Shown here piece by piece: positions 40,740 through 51,483 of a DNA stretch of 64,000 nucleotides (positions are counted from its first letter, which is position 1; the number at the start of each line of letters is the position of its first letter). Both the position numbers and the translations under genes were made by a program. The DNA comes from an uncultured Pelagibacteraceae bacterium. Its GTDB lineage: Bacteria; Pseudomonadota; Alphaproteobacteria; Pelagibacterales; Pelagibacteraceae. The stretch spans positions 9,222 through 73,221 of the forward strand of contig CACBBX010000002.1 of NCBI GenBank assembly GCA_902537575.1. The letters run 5' to 3'. The notes under the pieces were generated by a model, which did no database searches, was not told the DNA's origin, and saw nothing but the letters and a program-made list of their open reading frames with translations.

Positions 40740-42656
40740 TTAGTTTGAAGATGCTTTGTTTAAAGCAGAGAAAGTTTTTAAAAATGTGTCTATATCCATA
40801 TTTTCTTGTTTATTAGAATCTAATCTTCTAATCGTTACAGAATTGGAGTCAACTTCTTTTTTACCACAAATTAACAAGAGAGGTATTTTTGCTAGCGAAT
40901 GATCTCTTATTTTATAATTTAAATTTTGATTTTTTAAATCAACAAAAGAACTTATACCTACTTTTTTAATTTTATTAGATATCTCAATAGCATAATCATT
41001 AAATTCTTCTGAAATAGGAATTACCATTGTTTGTAAAGGCGAGATCCAGAATGGAAATTTACCTGCATAATTTTCAATTAAGATTCCAATAAACCTCTCT
41101 AAAGATCCAAATAGTGCTCTATGAAGCATTACAGGAATTTTCTTAGTTCCATCTTTATCAATATAAGATGCACCCAATCTTTCAGGTAAATTTAAATCAA
41201 CTTGTAAAGTTCCACATTGCCAATCTCTGCCAATTGCATCTCTTAAAACAAACTCAATTTTAGGACCATAGAATGCTCCTTCTCCCTTATTAATACTATA
41301 TTCTAACTTTGAAGCTTTTACTGCCTCAAGCAATGATGCTTCCGCTTTATCCCAAACTTCATCCTCCCCAACTCTCACTTCTGGTCTATCTGCATATTTA
41401 AGAATTACATTTTTAAACCCAAGGTCTCTATAAATATCTAGAATCAAATTAGTTACGATTAAACACTCACTAGTGATTTGTTCCTCTGAACAAAAAATAT
41501 GTGCATCATCTTGTGTAAAAGCTCTAACTCTAAGCAAACCATGTAATGCACCAGATGGTTCATATCTATGAACTTTTCCAAACTCTGCGTAACGCAAAGG
41601 AAGATCTCTATAACTTTTTAGTCCTTGATTAAATACTTGAACATGTCCTGGGCAATTCATTGGTTTTATTGCGAACACTTTTTCATCTGGAGTTTCAGAT
41701 GTATACATGTTGTCACCATATTTTCCCCAATGTCCTGATTTTTCCCATAATTGTCTATCCAACACCTCAGGAGTATTTATTTCTTTGTAACCTGCTGCAT
41801 CCTGTCTATTTCTCATATAGTTAATTAAATTCTGAAATAAAGCCCAACCTCTTTCATGCCAAAAAACAGATCCTGGACTTTCTTCTCTAAAATGGAATAA
41901 ATCCATTTCTTTTCCTAATTTTCTATGATCTCTCTTTTCTGCTTCTTCAATTCTTTTTAGATATTCATCTAAATCTTTTTGAGTTGCCCAGCTAGTTCCA
42001 TATATTCTTTGTAACATTTCATTTTTTGAGTCCCCCCTCCAGTATGCACCTGATACTTTAGTTAATTTGAAAAATTTTCCTATTTTACCTGTTGAAGAAA
42101 GATGCGGACCTCTGCAGAGGTCATGCCAATCTCCATGAAAATATATTGAGACATCTTCTTTCTCCGGGATAGATTTAATTAATTCAGATTTATAAATTTC
42201 ACCTTTTTTTTTGAAATGATCGATAGCTTTATTTCTGTCCCAAACTTCTCTCTTAGTAATTTCATCTCTATCTACTATATCTTTCATTTTATTTTCAATT
42301 TTCAATAAATCGTCTTCAGTAAAAGGTTCTTTTCTAGCAAAGTCATAATAAAATCCATTTTCAATAACTGGACCAATTGTAACCTGAGTGCCTGGAAATA
42401 ATTCTTGAACAGCCATTGCCAAAATGTGTGCTGTGTCATGTCTAATTGTCTCCAGTCCTTCTGGATTTTTTGAAGTAAAAATTTTCACTGAACAATTCTT
42501 CTCTATTAAATAATCTAAATCTTTAAGTTCGCCATCAACGCTTATAACCATTGCTTGTTTAGCTAATGACTTACTTATTTTTTCAGCTACTTCATTTCCA
42601 GTAACTTTTTTTGAAAAATTTAAACTATTTCCGTCTGGTAATGTTATTGTAGGCAT
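40740..42656 (-). CDS. thrS: Threonine--tRNA ligase
   Basis: DLCRGPH, RDHRKLG, KPMNCP, RVRAFTQDDAH, GAFYGPK, GSLERF. Confidence 0.97.
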   Translation of the reverse strand: MPTITLPDGNSLNFSKKVTGNEVAEKISKSLAKQAMVISVDGELKDLDYLIEKNCSVKIFTSKNPEGLETIRHDTAHILAMAVQELFPGTQVTIGPVIENGFYYDFARKEPFTEDDLLKIENKMKDIVDRDEITKREVWDRNKAIDHFKKKGEIYKSELIKSIPEKEDVSIYFHGDWHDLCRGPHLSSTGKIGKFFKLTKVSGAYWRGDSKNEMLQRIYGTSWATQKDLDEYLKRIEEAEKRDHRKLGKEMDLFHFREESPGSVFWHERGWALFQNLINYMRNRQDAAGYKEINTPEVLDRQLWEKSGHWGKYGDNMYTSETPDEKVFAIKPMNCPGHVQVFNQGLKSYRDLPLRYAEFGKVHRYEPSGALHGLLRVRAFTQDDAHIFCSEEQITSECLIVTNLILDIYRDLGFKNVILKYADRPEVRVGEDEVWDKAEASLLEAVKASKLEYSINKGEGAFYGPKIEFVLRDAIGRDWQCGTLQVDLNLPERLGASYIDKDGTKKIPVMLHRALFGSLERFIGILIENYAGKFPFWISPLQTMVIPISEEFNDYAIEISNKIKKVGISSFVDLKNQNLNYKIRDHSLAKIPLLLICGKKEVDSNSVTIRRLDSNKQENMDIDTFLKTFSALNKASSN

Positions 42657-43811
42657 TTAATTTAATAGTCTTTTATACTCTGAATAAGTAGAAAAACACA
42701 TTTTTTCAACATTAAATCTTTGAGTAACGTTTTTTCTTGCCTCTATTCCCATCATTTTTAACAATGTTTCATCCATATTTAAAACTCTTAAAATCTGTTT
42801 ACTTAAAGATTTGGCATTGTTTGACTCAAATAAAAAACCTGTTTTTTCATCAATGACTGTTTCTTTAGACCCACCAATATTACTAACTATTAATGGTTTT
42901 TCCATTGATTGTGCTTCAACTGAAACTCTTCCAAAAGCCTCTGGTTCATTTGAAGCTGAAACTATTATATCCGAGACTTTATAAGCCAGAGCCATATTTT
43001 TGCAATTATCTATAAATCGTATTTGTTTAGACATTCTATATTGTTCAGAGAGTCTGATTAATTTTTTTTTATAAAGTTCACGACCCTGATCGCTGCCAAG
43101 AATGACAGTATAAAATGCCTCGTATCCAAGTTCCATATTAACTAAATTTACTGCTTCTATAAATACTTCCTGACCTTTCCATGAACTTAATCTACCTGGC
43201 AAAAGTATAATTTTTTTATCTTTCTCAATATTCCATTGTTTTAATAATTTTTTTTCATCATTTTCGAGAGTTATAGTTGAGTCAAAATAATCAACATTAA
43301 TACCTCTAAAAATAACTAATAGTTTTTTTTTATCATTCAAATACGTAGAATAATTTTCTTTGATATGCGAAAAAATAAAATTCGATCCTGCAATAATTAA
43401 ATCTGATCTTACCATTACAGAATTATAAAATTTTTTAAAATTATTTTTAAAATTATAAGTACCATGAAAAGTTGTTACAAATTTTCTTCCAGTAATTTTG
43501 GATGCTAATAAACAAGACCACGCTGGTGCTCGACTTCGAGCATGAACAATTGAAATATTATTTAATAAAATGATTCCAGTTAAAATAATTGAATTAATAA
43601 AAATTAATAAAGGATTTTTACTCTGGACAGGAAGCTTGAAAATTTTTACTTTATTTTTGTCAACAAACTTAAGTAATTCGCCACCACTGGTTACAATAAA
43701 CGACTCACAATTATTTTCGGGCAAATAATGGGCTATATCAAAGCAGCCTGTTTCCGCTCCTCCATATCCTAATTTAGGGATGACTTGTAAAACTTTTAAA
43801 TTAGATACCAT
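42657..43811 (-). CDS. Glycosyltransferase family 4
   Basis: GGAE, HARSRAPAW, TTFHG, GRLSSWKG, EAFGRVSVEA. Confidence 0.9.
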   Translation of the reverse strand: MVSNLKVLQVIPKLGYGGAETGCFDIAHYLPENNCESFIVTSGGELLKFVDKNKVKIFKLPVQSKNPLLIFINSIILTGIILLNNISIVHARSRAPAWSCLLASKITGRKFVTTFHGTYNFKNNFKKFYNSVMVRSDLIIAGSNFIFSHIKENYSTYLNDKKKLLVIFRGINVDYFDSTITLENDEKKLLKQWNIEKDKKIILLPGRLSSWKGQEVFIEAVNLVNMELGYEAFYTVILGSDQGRELYKKKLIRLSEQYRMSKQIRFIDNCKNMALAYKVSDIIVSASNEPEAFGRVSVEAQSMEKPLIVSNIGGSKETVIDEKTGFLFESNNAKSLSKQILRVLNMDETLLKMMGIEARKNVTQRFNVEKMCFSTYSEYKRLLN

Positions 43812-43852
43812 TTGATAAACTTATATATTATTAGACAAAATATATAAACGAA

Positions 43853-44596
43853 ATGGCAAATTTCAGATATTATAAGATCTCAAAAACTGAGAAAATTAGA
43901 TATATTTCCAAGATTTATAAAAATACTTTGTCTATTGTTTTTCTACATGGATTTATGTCGGATCTTGAGGGAGAAAAGCCTAAAGCATTACTGAATTTTG
44001 CAAAGAAAAATAAAATTAACTTCTTAGCAATTGAATATTCTGGACATGGCAAATCTTCAGGAGAATTTGTAAAAGGTAATATTTCAAAATGGAGTGACGA
44101 AACCTCAAGATTAGTTAAAAAATTTGCAAAAGATAAGAAATTAATATTTGTAGGTTCCAGTATGGGTGCTTGGATTTCTTTAAAACAATTTAAAATTTTT
44201 AAAAATCAAGTAACTGGTTTTTTAGGAATAGGAGCTGCTCCTGAATTTTTAGAAAATATTATGTGGAAAAAATTTTCAAAAAAGATGAAAAAAGAAACAA
44301 TTAAAAGAGGGATTTATAATTTAAAACATGGAAATTATGAATATCCAATAACTTATCAACTGATTAAAGATGGCAGAAAAAACAAAGTTTTAAATAAAAA
44401 GATTAATTTAAAAATTAAGGTTACTATGGTTCATGGAGAAAAAGATGAGGCTGTAAAGGTTTCTTATTCTAGAAAAGTTTTAAAACTTTTTCCAAATGCA
44501 AAGAAAAAGTTAAATATAGTCAAAAATGGTGATCATAGTTTATCTAGCAAGAAAGGTCTAAAAATAATCCTTAAAGAGTTGAAACTATTAATCTAA
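43853..44596 (+). CDS. Alpha/beta hydrolase
   Basis: HGFMSD, YSGHGKS, GSSMG nucleophile elbow, HGEKD, GDHSLS. Confidence 0.9.
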   Translation: MANFRYYKISKTEKIRYISKIYKNTLSIVFLHGFMSDLEGEKPKALLNFAKKNKINFLAIEYSGHGKSSGEFVKGNISKWSDETSRLVKKFAKDKKLIFVGSSMGAWISLKQFKIFKNQVTGFLGIGAAPEFLENIMWKKFSKKMKKETIKRGIYNLKHGNYEYPITYQLIKDGRKNKVLNKKINLKIKVTMVHGEKDEAVKVSYSRKVLKLFPNAKKKLNIVKNGDHSLSSKKGLKIILKELKLLI

Positions 44597-47500
44597 CTAA
44601 CTTTTTTAATCCCTTTAAGAGTAATTGGGTTATCTAGTTTATCTAACATTTCTTTAGGACAAACTTGTATAAAATTAATTAATTCATCATCGTAATTTTT
44701 AATTATATTTCTTGAAAACTCAGATCCTGTTTCCTTAGAGTGTTCTGATATTAAATTCTTTAAAATTTCTTTCCAATAATCTGTCTCTACAGTTTGCCAA
44801 ACAACTGACTCGGGATTTACTTTTTTTGTAAATTGCTGCGATTTATCGTAAACAAAAGCCATACCACCAGTCATTCCTGCTGCAAAATTATCTCCGACAT
44901 CTCCTAAAATTACTACTATTCCACCAGTCATATATTCGCAACCATTTGAGTCGCATCCCTCAATTACTGTTGTTGCTCCAGAATTTCTTACAGCAAATCT
45001 TTCTCCAGCTTGGCCTGCCGCAAAAAGTTTGCCTGAGGTGGCACCATAAAGAACCGTATTTCCTAAAATTGTATTTTCATTAGAAACTAAATTACTTTCA
45101 TCTGGCAATTTAATTGAAATTGTTGCGCCTGATAAACCTTTTCCAACATAGTCATTAGCGTCTCCTTTAAGAACTAATTTTAATCCTTTAGAAGAAAATG
45201 CTCCAAAAGATTGTCCAGCAGAGCCTTTAAAGTTTAAAATTAAAAAATCATCATTAAGTTTTTCATATCCATATTTTTTGTAGAGATGATGAGAGATTCT
45301 TGTTCCAACAGCTCTGTTTGTATTTTGTATTGGATAAACCTTTTCAATTTTTTCTGAACTATCTAAAAATTTTTCTATTTCAGGCCAAATCTCTTGATCC
45401 AAAGTATCTGGTACACTGTTTATTTCTGGAATATCACAATACCTTTTGTTATTTCCTGTGTCAGCTTGAACAAATAATGGATTTAAATCTAAATCATCTA
45501 AATTTGGAGATCCTTTGCTAACCTGCCTTAATAGATCAGTTCTTCCAATTATATCATTTAAAGACTTAAATCCTAGTTTTGCTAATATTTCTCTTACTTC
45601 AGTTCCTATGAATGTGAACAGATTGACTACCTTTTCCGGTGTGCCAGTAAATTTTTCTCTCAATTTTTCATCTTGAGTGCAAACACCAACTGGGCAGGTG
45701 TTCGAATGACATTGCCTTACCATAATGCAGCCCATAGCTACCAGGGCTGTTGTAGCAACACCATATTCTTCAGCTCCCATCATTGCTGCAATAACAACAT
45801 CTCTTCCAGTTTTAATTCCTCCATCAGTTCTCAAAGTAACTTTATGTCTAAGGTTATTTAAAGTTAAAACTTGATTCGCTTCAGTCAAACCCATTTCCCA
45901 TGGTATTCCAACGTATTTGACACTTGTTTGGGGTGTTGCTCCAGTTCCACCATTATGCCCTGATATTAAAATTATATCTGCTTTAGCTTTAGCAACACCA
46001 GCTGCGATTGTTCCAACACCAGAGGAAGCAACTAATTTTACTCCTATTCTTGCATTAGGATTAATTTGTTTCAAATCATAAATTAATTGCGCAAGATCTT
46101 CGATTGAATAAATGTCGTGATGTGGTGGAGGAGAAATTAATGTTACTCCTGGTGTAGAATGTCTAAGTCTTGCAATTTCCTTCGTAATCTTAAATCCTGG
46201 AAGCTGGCCGCCTTCTCCTGGTTTTGCACCTTGTGCAATTTTAATTTCAATTTCATTACAATTATTTAAGTAATTAACCGTTACTCCAAATCTTGCAGAG
46301 GCTATTTGTTTTACTCTAGAGTTTGCACTATCTCCATTTTGTAATACCTTAAATCTTTTTTCATCCTCTCCTCCTTCTCCACTGCAAGAGGCACCTTTAA
46401 TTCTATTCATTCCTTTAGCTAATGTTTCATGAGCTTCTTTTGACAAGGCACCATGTGACATACTCCCACTTCCGAATCTTTTTAATATATTTGCTAGAGG
46501 TTCAACTTCTGAAATATCAATTGATCCTTTTAATTTTTTTGTTCTAAAATCAATTAGATCTCTTAAATTTATTGGTGGTAGATTATAAATACCTTCTGCA
46601 TATCTTTTATAGGCTTCATAAGAATTAGAACCCACAGCACTTTGAAGTAAATGAATTAATTTTCCTTGATACTGGTGAGTTTCACCATTTTTTCTATATC
46701 TATAAATTCCACCTATAGGCAGGATTGTATCACTACTTTCAAAAGCCTCTTTGTGTATTTCTCTAATTTTTTTTTCAATTCCTGTTAATCCTATACCTGA
46801 AATTTTTGATATTACTCCAGGAAAATAGTCTGCAACAATTGTTCTACTTAAACCAACCGTCTCAAAATTACATCCTCCTCTATAAGAACTTAAGACAGAA
46901 ATACCCATCTTAGACATTATTTTTAGAAGTCCTGCATTTACCGACTTGATATATCTTTCAACACACTCATCAAAACTAAATTTTCCAAACAATTTCTTCT
47001 CATGTCTTTGATACAAGCTGTCAAAAGCTAGATATGGATTTACTGTAGTTGCTCCTACTCCAATTAAAGTTGCAAAAGAGTGTGTATCTATTGCTTCCCC
47101 TGACTGGACATTGATAGAAACATAACCTCTCAATTTTTTTTCAATTAAAAATGAATTGATCGCACCAACTGCGAGTAACATTGGAATTGGAAGCTTCCTA
47201 ATTGAAAGCTCTTTGTCACTTAAAATTAATTGAGTAACTCCTTGTCTTACTGCTATTTCTGAGTCTTTTTGAATTCTTTTTATAGACTCATGCAAACTTT
47301 CATCGTCAGAAAAAGTACAATCAATTATAGAAGAATTTTTTCCAAAAAAATTGATGAATTTCTCAAATTGTGAATTTGATAAAATTGGACTGTTTAAAAC
47401 GTAAATATTTTGCTTTGTTAGATTGTCAAAATTAAGAATATTTCCAAGATTTCCAAATCTTGTTTTTAGACTCATCACTTTATTTTCTCTTAAAGAGTCT

Positions 47501-49095
47501 ATCGGAGGGTTTGTTACTTGACTGAAGTTTTGTCTAAAAAAATGATATAGGGGTCTATATCTGTCAGATAATACTGCGAGGGGGGTATCATCCCCCATCG
47601 ATCCTGTAGCTTCTTTCGCATCCTCTGCCATCGGATGTAATATCAATTCTAAATCTTCTAGACTAATTCCAAATGCATATTGTCTTCTTCTTAATTCGTC
47701 TCCAGAGTAAGAATTTTTCTCATCAGAAATTGTTAATTTGTCATCTAAGTCAATAATCTGTGAATTAAAATGCTTGTACTCTTTTGCTAGATAATCTTTA
47801 ATTTGCTTGTTTTTAAAAACTTTTCCTTTTTCAATTCTAACACCAATAATTTCTCCTGGCCCCAGTCTACCTTTAGAAAGTATTCTTTTTTCATTAAGCT
47901 CAATCATACCAGTCTCTGATCCTGCAAATAACAAATTATCTTTTGTAATCGCATATCTTAATGGTCGTAATCCATTTCTATCGTTAGCTGCAATTACCCA
48001 TTCATTATCAGTTCCTGCAATAGCTGCTGGGCCGTCCCATGGTTCCATTGTACTATTTAAAAAGTTAAACAACTGTTGGTGATCTTTGGGTAAAGTTTCA
48101 TTTTTTTTTGACCAAGCATCTGGAACCAACATTAACTTGGCTAAAGGTGCTGGCTGGCCAGAAATATTGAGTAATTCAAACACATTATCTAACGCAGCAG
48201 AATCTGAAGTACCTTGTTGAATTACTGGTTTTAAATTTTCTATATTTTCAAAAAGATTACTATTCATTTCTTGTTCATGAACTTTCATCCAATTTCTATT
48301 TCCCCTGAATGTATTTATTTCACCATTATGAGCGATTGCTCTAAACGGTTGAGCTAAATTCCAACTTGGAGCCGTGTTCGTCGAAAATCTTTGATGAAAG
48401 ATTGCAAATCTTGAAATAAATCTTTCATCTTTTAAATCTAAATAAAAATCTGAAATTGCCTCAGCTAAAAACATACCTTTGTAAATAATTGACTTAGAGC
48501 TTAATGAACAAATGTAAAAATTATTTAAGGATTTTTTAAATGCCTCATTTTCTATTTTTCTTCTAGTTTCGTATATTTTTCTTTCTAGATCTTTATTTGT
48601 AAGTTCTGAATTATACGGTTTAAACAAAACTTGAATAATTTCAGGCATAGTCTGTATTGCCTTTTCTCCCAATACGTTTGGATTAATTGGAACCTGTCTC
48701 CAACCATAAATACTAAAACCATTTTTTGTTAATTCACTCTCCACGATTGTTTTGCAGTTTTCTTGACCTTCGTAATCATTTCTAGGTAAAAAAATCATGC
48801 CTACACCTATTTCAGAGTTATCATGGGTATGACCAGTCACCTCTATTTTTTCTATAAAAAAATCTTTTGGAATTTCAACATGAATTCCTGCACCATCTCC
48901 TGTTTTGCCATCTGCATCTACTGCACCTCTGTGCCAAACAGCTTTTAAAGCTTCAATACCATACTCAACAACTTTACGAGATTTTTTACCTTCTGTAGAT
49001 GCAATAATTCCAACTCCACACGCATCATGCTCCATATCGTCAGAGTACACATGATTTTGTTTTAATAATTCTCTATTCTTAATGTAATTTTTCAC
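44593..49095 (-). CDS. gltB: Glutamate synthase large subunit
   Basis: EHDACGVG, HQRFSTNT, GAKPGEGGQL, CHSNTCP, GXGXG domain; GTG start. Confidence 0.97.
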   Translation of the reverse strand: MKNYIKNRELLKQNHVYSDDMEHDACGVGIIASTEGKKSRKVVEYGIEALKAVWHRGAVDADGKTGDGAGIHVEIPKDFFIEKIEVTGHTHDNSEIGVGMIFLPRNDYEGQENCKTIVESELTKNGFSIYGWRQVPINPNVLGEKAIQTMPEIIQVLFKPYNSELTNKDLERKIYETRRKIENEAFKKSLNNFYICSLSSKSIIYKGMFLAEAISDFYLDLKDERFISRFAIFHQRFSTNTAPSWNLAQPFRAIAHNGEINTFRGNRNWMKVHEQEMNSNLFENIENLKPVIQQGTSDSAALDNVFELLNISGQPAPLAKLMLVPDAWSKKNETLPKDHQQLFNFLNSTMEPWDGPAAIAGTDNEWVIAANDRNGLRPLRYAITKDNLLFAGSETGMIELNEKRILSKGRLGPGEIIGVRIEKGKVFKNKQIKDYLAKEYKHFNSQIIDLDDKLTISDEKNSYSGDELRRRQYAFGISLEDLELILHPMAEDAKEATGSMGDDTPLAVLSDRYRPLYHFFRQNFSQVTNPPIDSLRENKVMSLKTRFGNLGNILNFDNLTKQNIYVLNSPILSNSQFEKFINFFGKNSSIIDCTFSDDESLHESIKRIQKDSEIAVRQGVTQLILSDKELSIRKLPIPMLLAVGAINSFLIEKKLRGYVSINVQSGEAIDTHSFATLIGVGATTVNPYLAFDSLYQRHEKKLFGKFSFDECVERYIKSVNAGLLKIMSKMGISVLSSYRGGCNFETVGLSRTIVADYFPGVISKISGIGLTGIEKKIREIHKEAFESSDTILPIGGIYRYRKNGETHQYQGKLIHLLQSAVGSNSYEAYKRYAEGIYNLPPINLRDLIDFRTKKLKGSIDISEVEPLANILKRFGSGSMSHGALSKEAHETLAKGMNRIKGASCSGEGGEDEKRFKVLQNGDSANSRVKQIASARFGVTVNYLNNCNEIEIKIAQGAKPGEGGQLPGFKITKEIARLRHSTPGVTLISPPPHHDIYSIEDLAQLIYDLKQINPNARIGVKLVASSGVGTIAAGVAKAKADIILISGHNGGTGATPQTSVKYVGIPWEMGLTEANQVLTLNNLRHKVTLRTDGGIKTGRDVVIAAMMGAEEYGVATTALVAMGCIMVRQCHSNTCPVGVCTQDEKLREKFTGTPEKVVNLFTFIGTEVREILAKLGFKSLNDIIGRTDLLRQVSKGSPNLDDLDLNPLFVQADTGNNKRYCDIPEINSVPDTLDQEIWPEIEKFLDSSEKIEKVYPIQNTNRAVGTRISHHLYKKYGYEKLNDDFLILNFKGSAGQSFGAFSSKGLKLVLKGDANDYVGKGLSGATISIKLPDESNLVSNENTILGNTVLYGATSGKLFAAGQAGERFAVRNSGATTVIEGCDSNGCEYMTGGIVVILGDVGDNFAAGMTGGMAFVYDKSQQFTKKVNPESVVWQTVETDYWKEILKNLISEHSKETGSEFSRNIIKNYDDELINFIQVCPKEMLDKLDNPITLKGIKKVS

Positions 49096-50534
49096 TATGC
49101 TACTCTTCTCTCTTTTAAAGTCTTATTCTCTAAATAATTTTTAATTGAAGTTGCAGCATCTCTTCCATCTTTAATTGCCCAAACTACTAAAGAAGCACCT
49201 CTAATTATATCACCAGCAGCAAATACACCTTTAATGTTAGTCTCCATGGTATCAAAATCAGCTTTAATTGTTCCCCATTTTGTTACTTGTAACTCATTTG
49301 CTTCAAACATTTTTGGTAAATCTTCAGGATCAAAACCCAAAGCCTTTATAACCATATCAGCATTGATTACATAACTTGAACCTTCCTGAATCTGTGGTTT
49401 CCTTCTTCCACTCTCATCAGGATCACCAAGTTTGATTTGATCTACAACTAATTTTTCAATTTTATTTGTACCTTTGAATTCTTTTGGACTTGATAGCCAA
49501 ATAAATTGAACCCCTTCTTCTTCAGCATTAGCAACCTCTCTAGCTGAACCAGGCATATTTTCTTTATCTCTTCTGTATAAACATTTTACAGATTTTGCTT
49601 TTTGTCTGATAGAGGTCCTAACACAATCCATAGCTGTGTCACCACCCCCTATTACAACAACATCTTTGCCTTCAGCATTTAAAATTCCCTTATCAAATAA
49701 TTCGACTTCATCCCCTAAACCTTTTTTATTTGATGCAGTTAAAAAATCCATGGCTGGAAAAATATTATCTAAATCATTTCCCTTCAGCTCAACTTCTCTT
49801 GCTTTATAAACTCCAGTCGCAATCAAAATCGCATCGTGCTTTTTACGTAATTGATCTAAAGTTGCATCTTTACCAACCTCAAAATTTTGAACAAACTGTA
49901 TGCCTCCATCTTTTAAAAGTCTAGTTCTTCTCTCAACAATTTCTTTTTCTAATTTAAAATTTGGGATTCCATAAATTAACAAACCACCTGCTCGATCATA
50001 TCGATCATAAACTGTAATTTTATATCCACTTTTTCTTAATTGCTCTGCAGCTGCTAAACCAGCTGGACCTGCACCTATAATGCCCACACTTTGATTTTTT
50101 TCCTGATTAACTTGAATTGGTTTCACCCAACCCTGTTCCCATGCATTATCAGTAATATACTTTTCAACTGAACCAATTGTAACAGTTCCATGTCCAGATT
50201 GCTCGATAACACAATTTCCTTCACATAATCTGTCTTGGGGACATATTCTGCCACAAACTTCAGGCATATTATTTGTACTTTGAGAAAGCTCATAAGCTTC
50301 TTTAAGTCTTCCTTCAGCAGTAAGTTTTAGCCAATCCGGAATGTTATTACTTAATGGACAGTGAACCTGACAAAAAGGGACTCCACATTGAGAACATCTA
50401 CTTGATTGCTCTTTCGCTTTTTCAGTTACATATTCGTCATAAATCTCATTGAAATCTTGTTTTCTGGACCTAACTTCCCTTTTAGGTGGAGTTTGCTGAC
50501 CTATTTTTACAAATTTTAACATTTTATCTGGCAT
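49095..50534 (-). CDS. gltD: Glutamate synthase small subunit
   Basis: RCSQCGVPFCQVHCP, GRICPQ, GAGPAG, GGGDTAMDC, GASLVVWA. Confidence 0.96.
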   Translation of the reverse strand: MPDKMLKFVKIGQQTPPKREVRSRKQDFNEIYDEYVTEKAKEQSSRCSQCGVPFCQVHCPLSNNIPDWLKLTAEGRLKEAYELSQSTNNMPEVCGRICPQDRLCEGNCVIEQSGHGTVTIGSVEKYITDNAWEQGWVKPIQVNQEKNQSVGIIGAGPAGLAAAEQLRKSGYKITVYDRYDRAGGLLIYGIPNFKLEKEIVERRTRLLKDGGIQFVQNFEVGKDATLDQLRKKHDAILIATGVYKAREVELKGNDLDNIFPAMDFLTASNKKGLGDEVELFDKGILNAEGKDVVVIGGGDTAMDCVRTSIRQKAKSVKCLYRRDKENMPGSAREVANAEEEGVQFIWLSSPKEFKGTNKIEKLVVDQIKLGDPDESGRRKPQIQEGSSYVINADMVIKALGFDPEDLPKMFEANELQVTKWGTIKADFDTMETNIKGVFAAGDIIRGASLVVWAIKDGRDAATSIKNYLENKTLKERRVA

Positions 50535-50718
50535 AATAATTTTATAATTTTTTGCAAGTTATACGTTGATTTTATTAAATAAAGTATAAAATAGGTCATA
50601 AATTATGACTTTAATTTGATGACACATAACGAATTTAAACAACTTTCTAATAAATGCATACCTAATATGATCAAATCGAATTGTTTTAAATCGATATTTT
50701 ATAAGCTACGAAGAAGCG

Positions 50719-51483
50719 ATGTTTCAAAATATAATAGAAGTATTAATCCTTTCAGTAATTCAAGGTGTTTCTGAGTTTTTACCAATAAGCTCATCTGCTC
50801 ACTTAATTCTTGTTTCAAACTTGTATGAGTTCAAATCTAATTCTTTGTTAATAGATATTAGTCTTCATTTGGGATCTTTGTTAGCAATAATTTATTTTTT
50901 TAGAGAAGAATTATTAGATATTAAAAATAACAAAAGATTATTAAGTTTAATTGGTCTTGGATCTCTTCCGTTAATAATTGTTGGATATATTTTATATTCT
51001 ACAGATTTTATTTACGTTCTTAGAGATGTGAAAGTAATAGCATGGACTACTCTAACATTTGCAATAGTTTTGTTCATCGCAGATAAAAACAGATTTGACA
51101 AGAAAATTTCAAGTAATTTAAATATTCAAACAATATTTTTTATTGGTTTTTTTCAAATTTTATCTCTTGTTCCTGGTGTAAGTAGGGCAGGTATTACCAT
51201 AACTGCAGCTAGGATTTTAAAATTTAATAGAGTAGACTCTAGTAAAATATCTTTTTTACTTTCTATCCCTGCACTTAGTGGAGCAAGCTTTTTAGGTTTG
51301 AAGGATATTGTAAATCAACCTGTTGAATTTAATTACTTGGTATTCTTTGCAATAGTCTCTTCATTTATATTATCTTTTATGACAGTCAAATTTTTTTTAA
51401 TTTATATAAATAAATTTTCTATGAATGCTTTTGTAATCTATAGAATAATAATTGCTTTTATTTTATTTTTAATTATTTACTAG
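50719..51483 (+). CDS. uppP: Undecaprenyl-diphosphate phosphatase
   Basis: QGVSEFLPISSSAH, PGVSRAG, SFLLSIP, FVIYR. Confidence 0.95.
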   Translation: MFQNIIEVLILSVIQGVSEFLPISSSAHLILVSNLYEFKSNSLLIDISLHLGSLLAIIYFFREELLDIKNNKRLLSLIGLGSLPLIIVGYILYSTDFIYVLRDVKVIAWTTLTFAIVLFIADKNRFDKKISSNLNIQTIFFIGFFQILSLVPGVSRAGITITAARILKFNRVDSSKISFLLSIPALSGASFLGLKDIVNQPVEFNYLVFFAIVSSFILSFMTVKFFLIYINKFSMNAFVIYRIIIAFILFLIIY

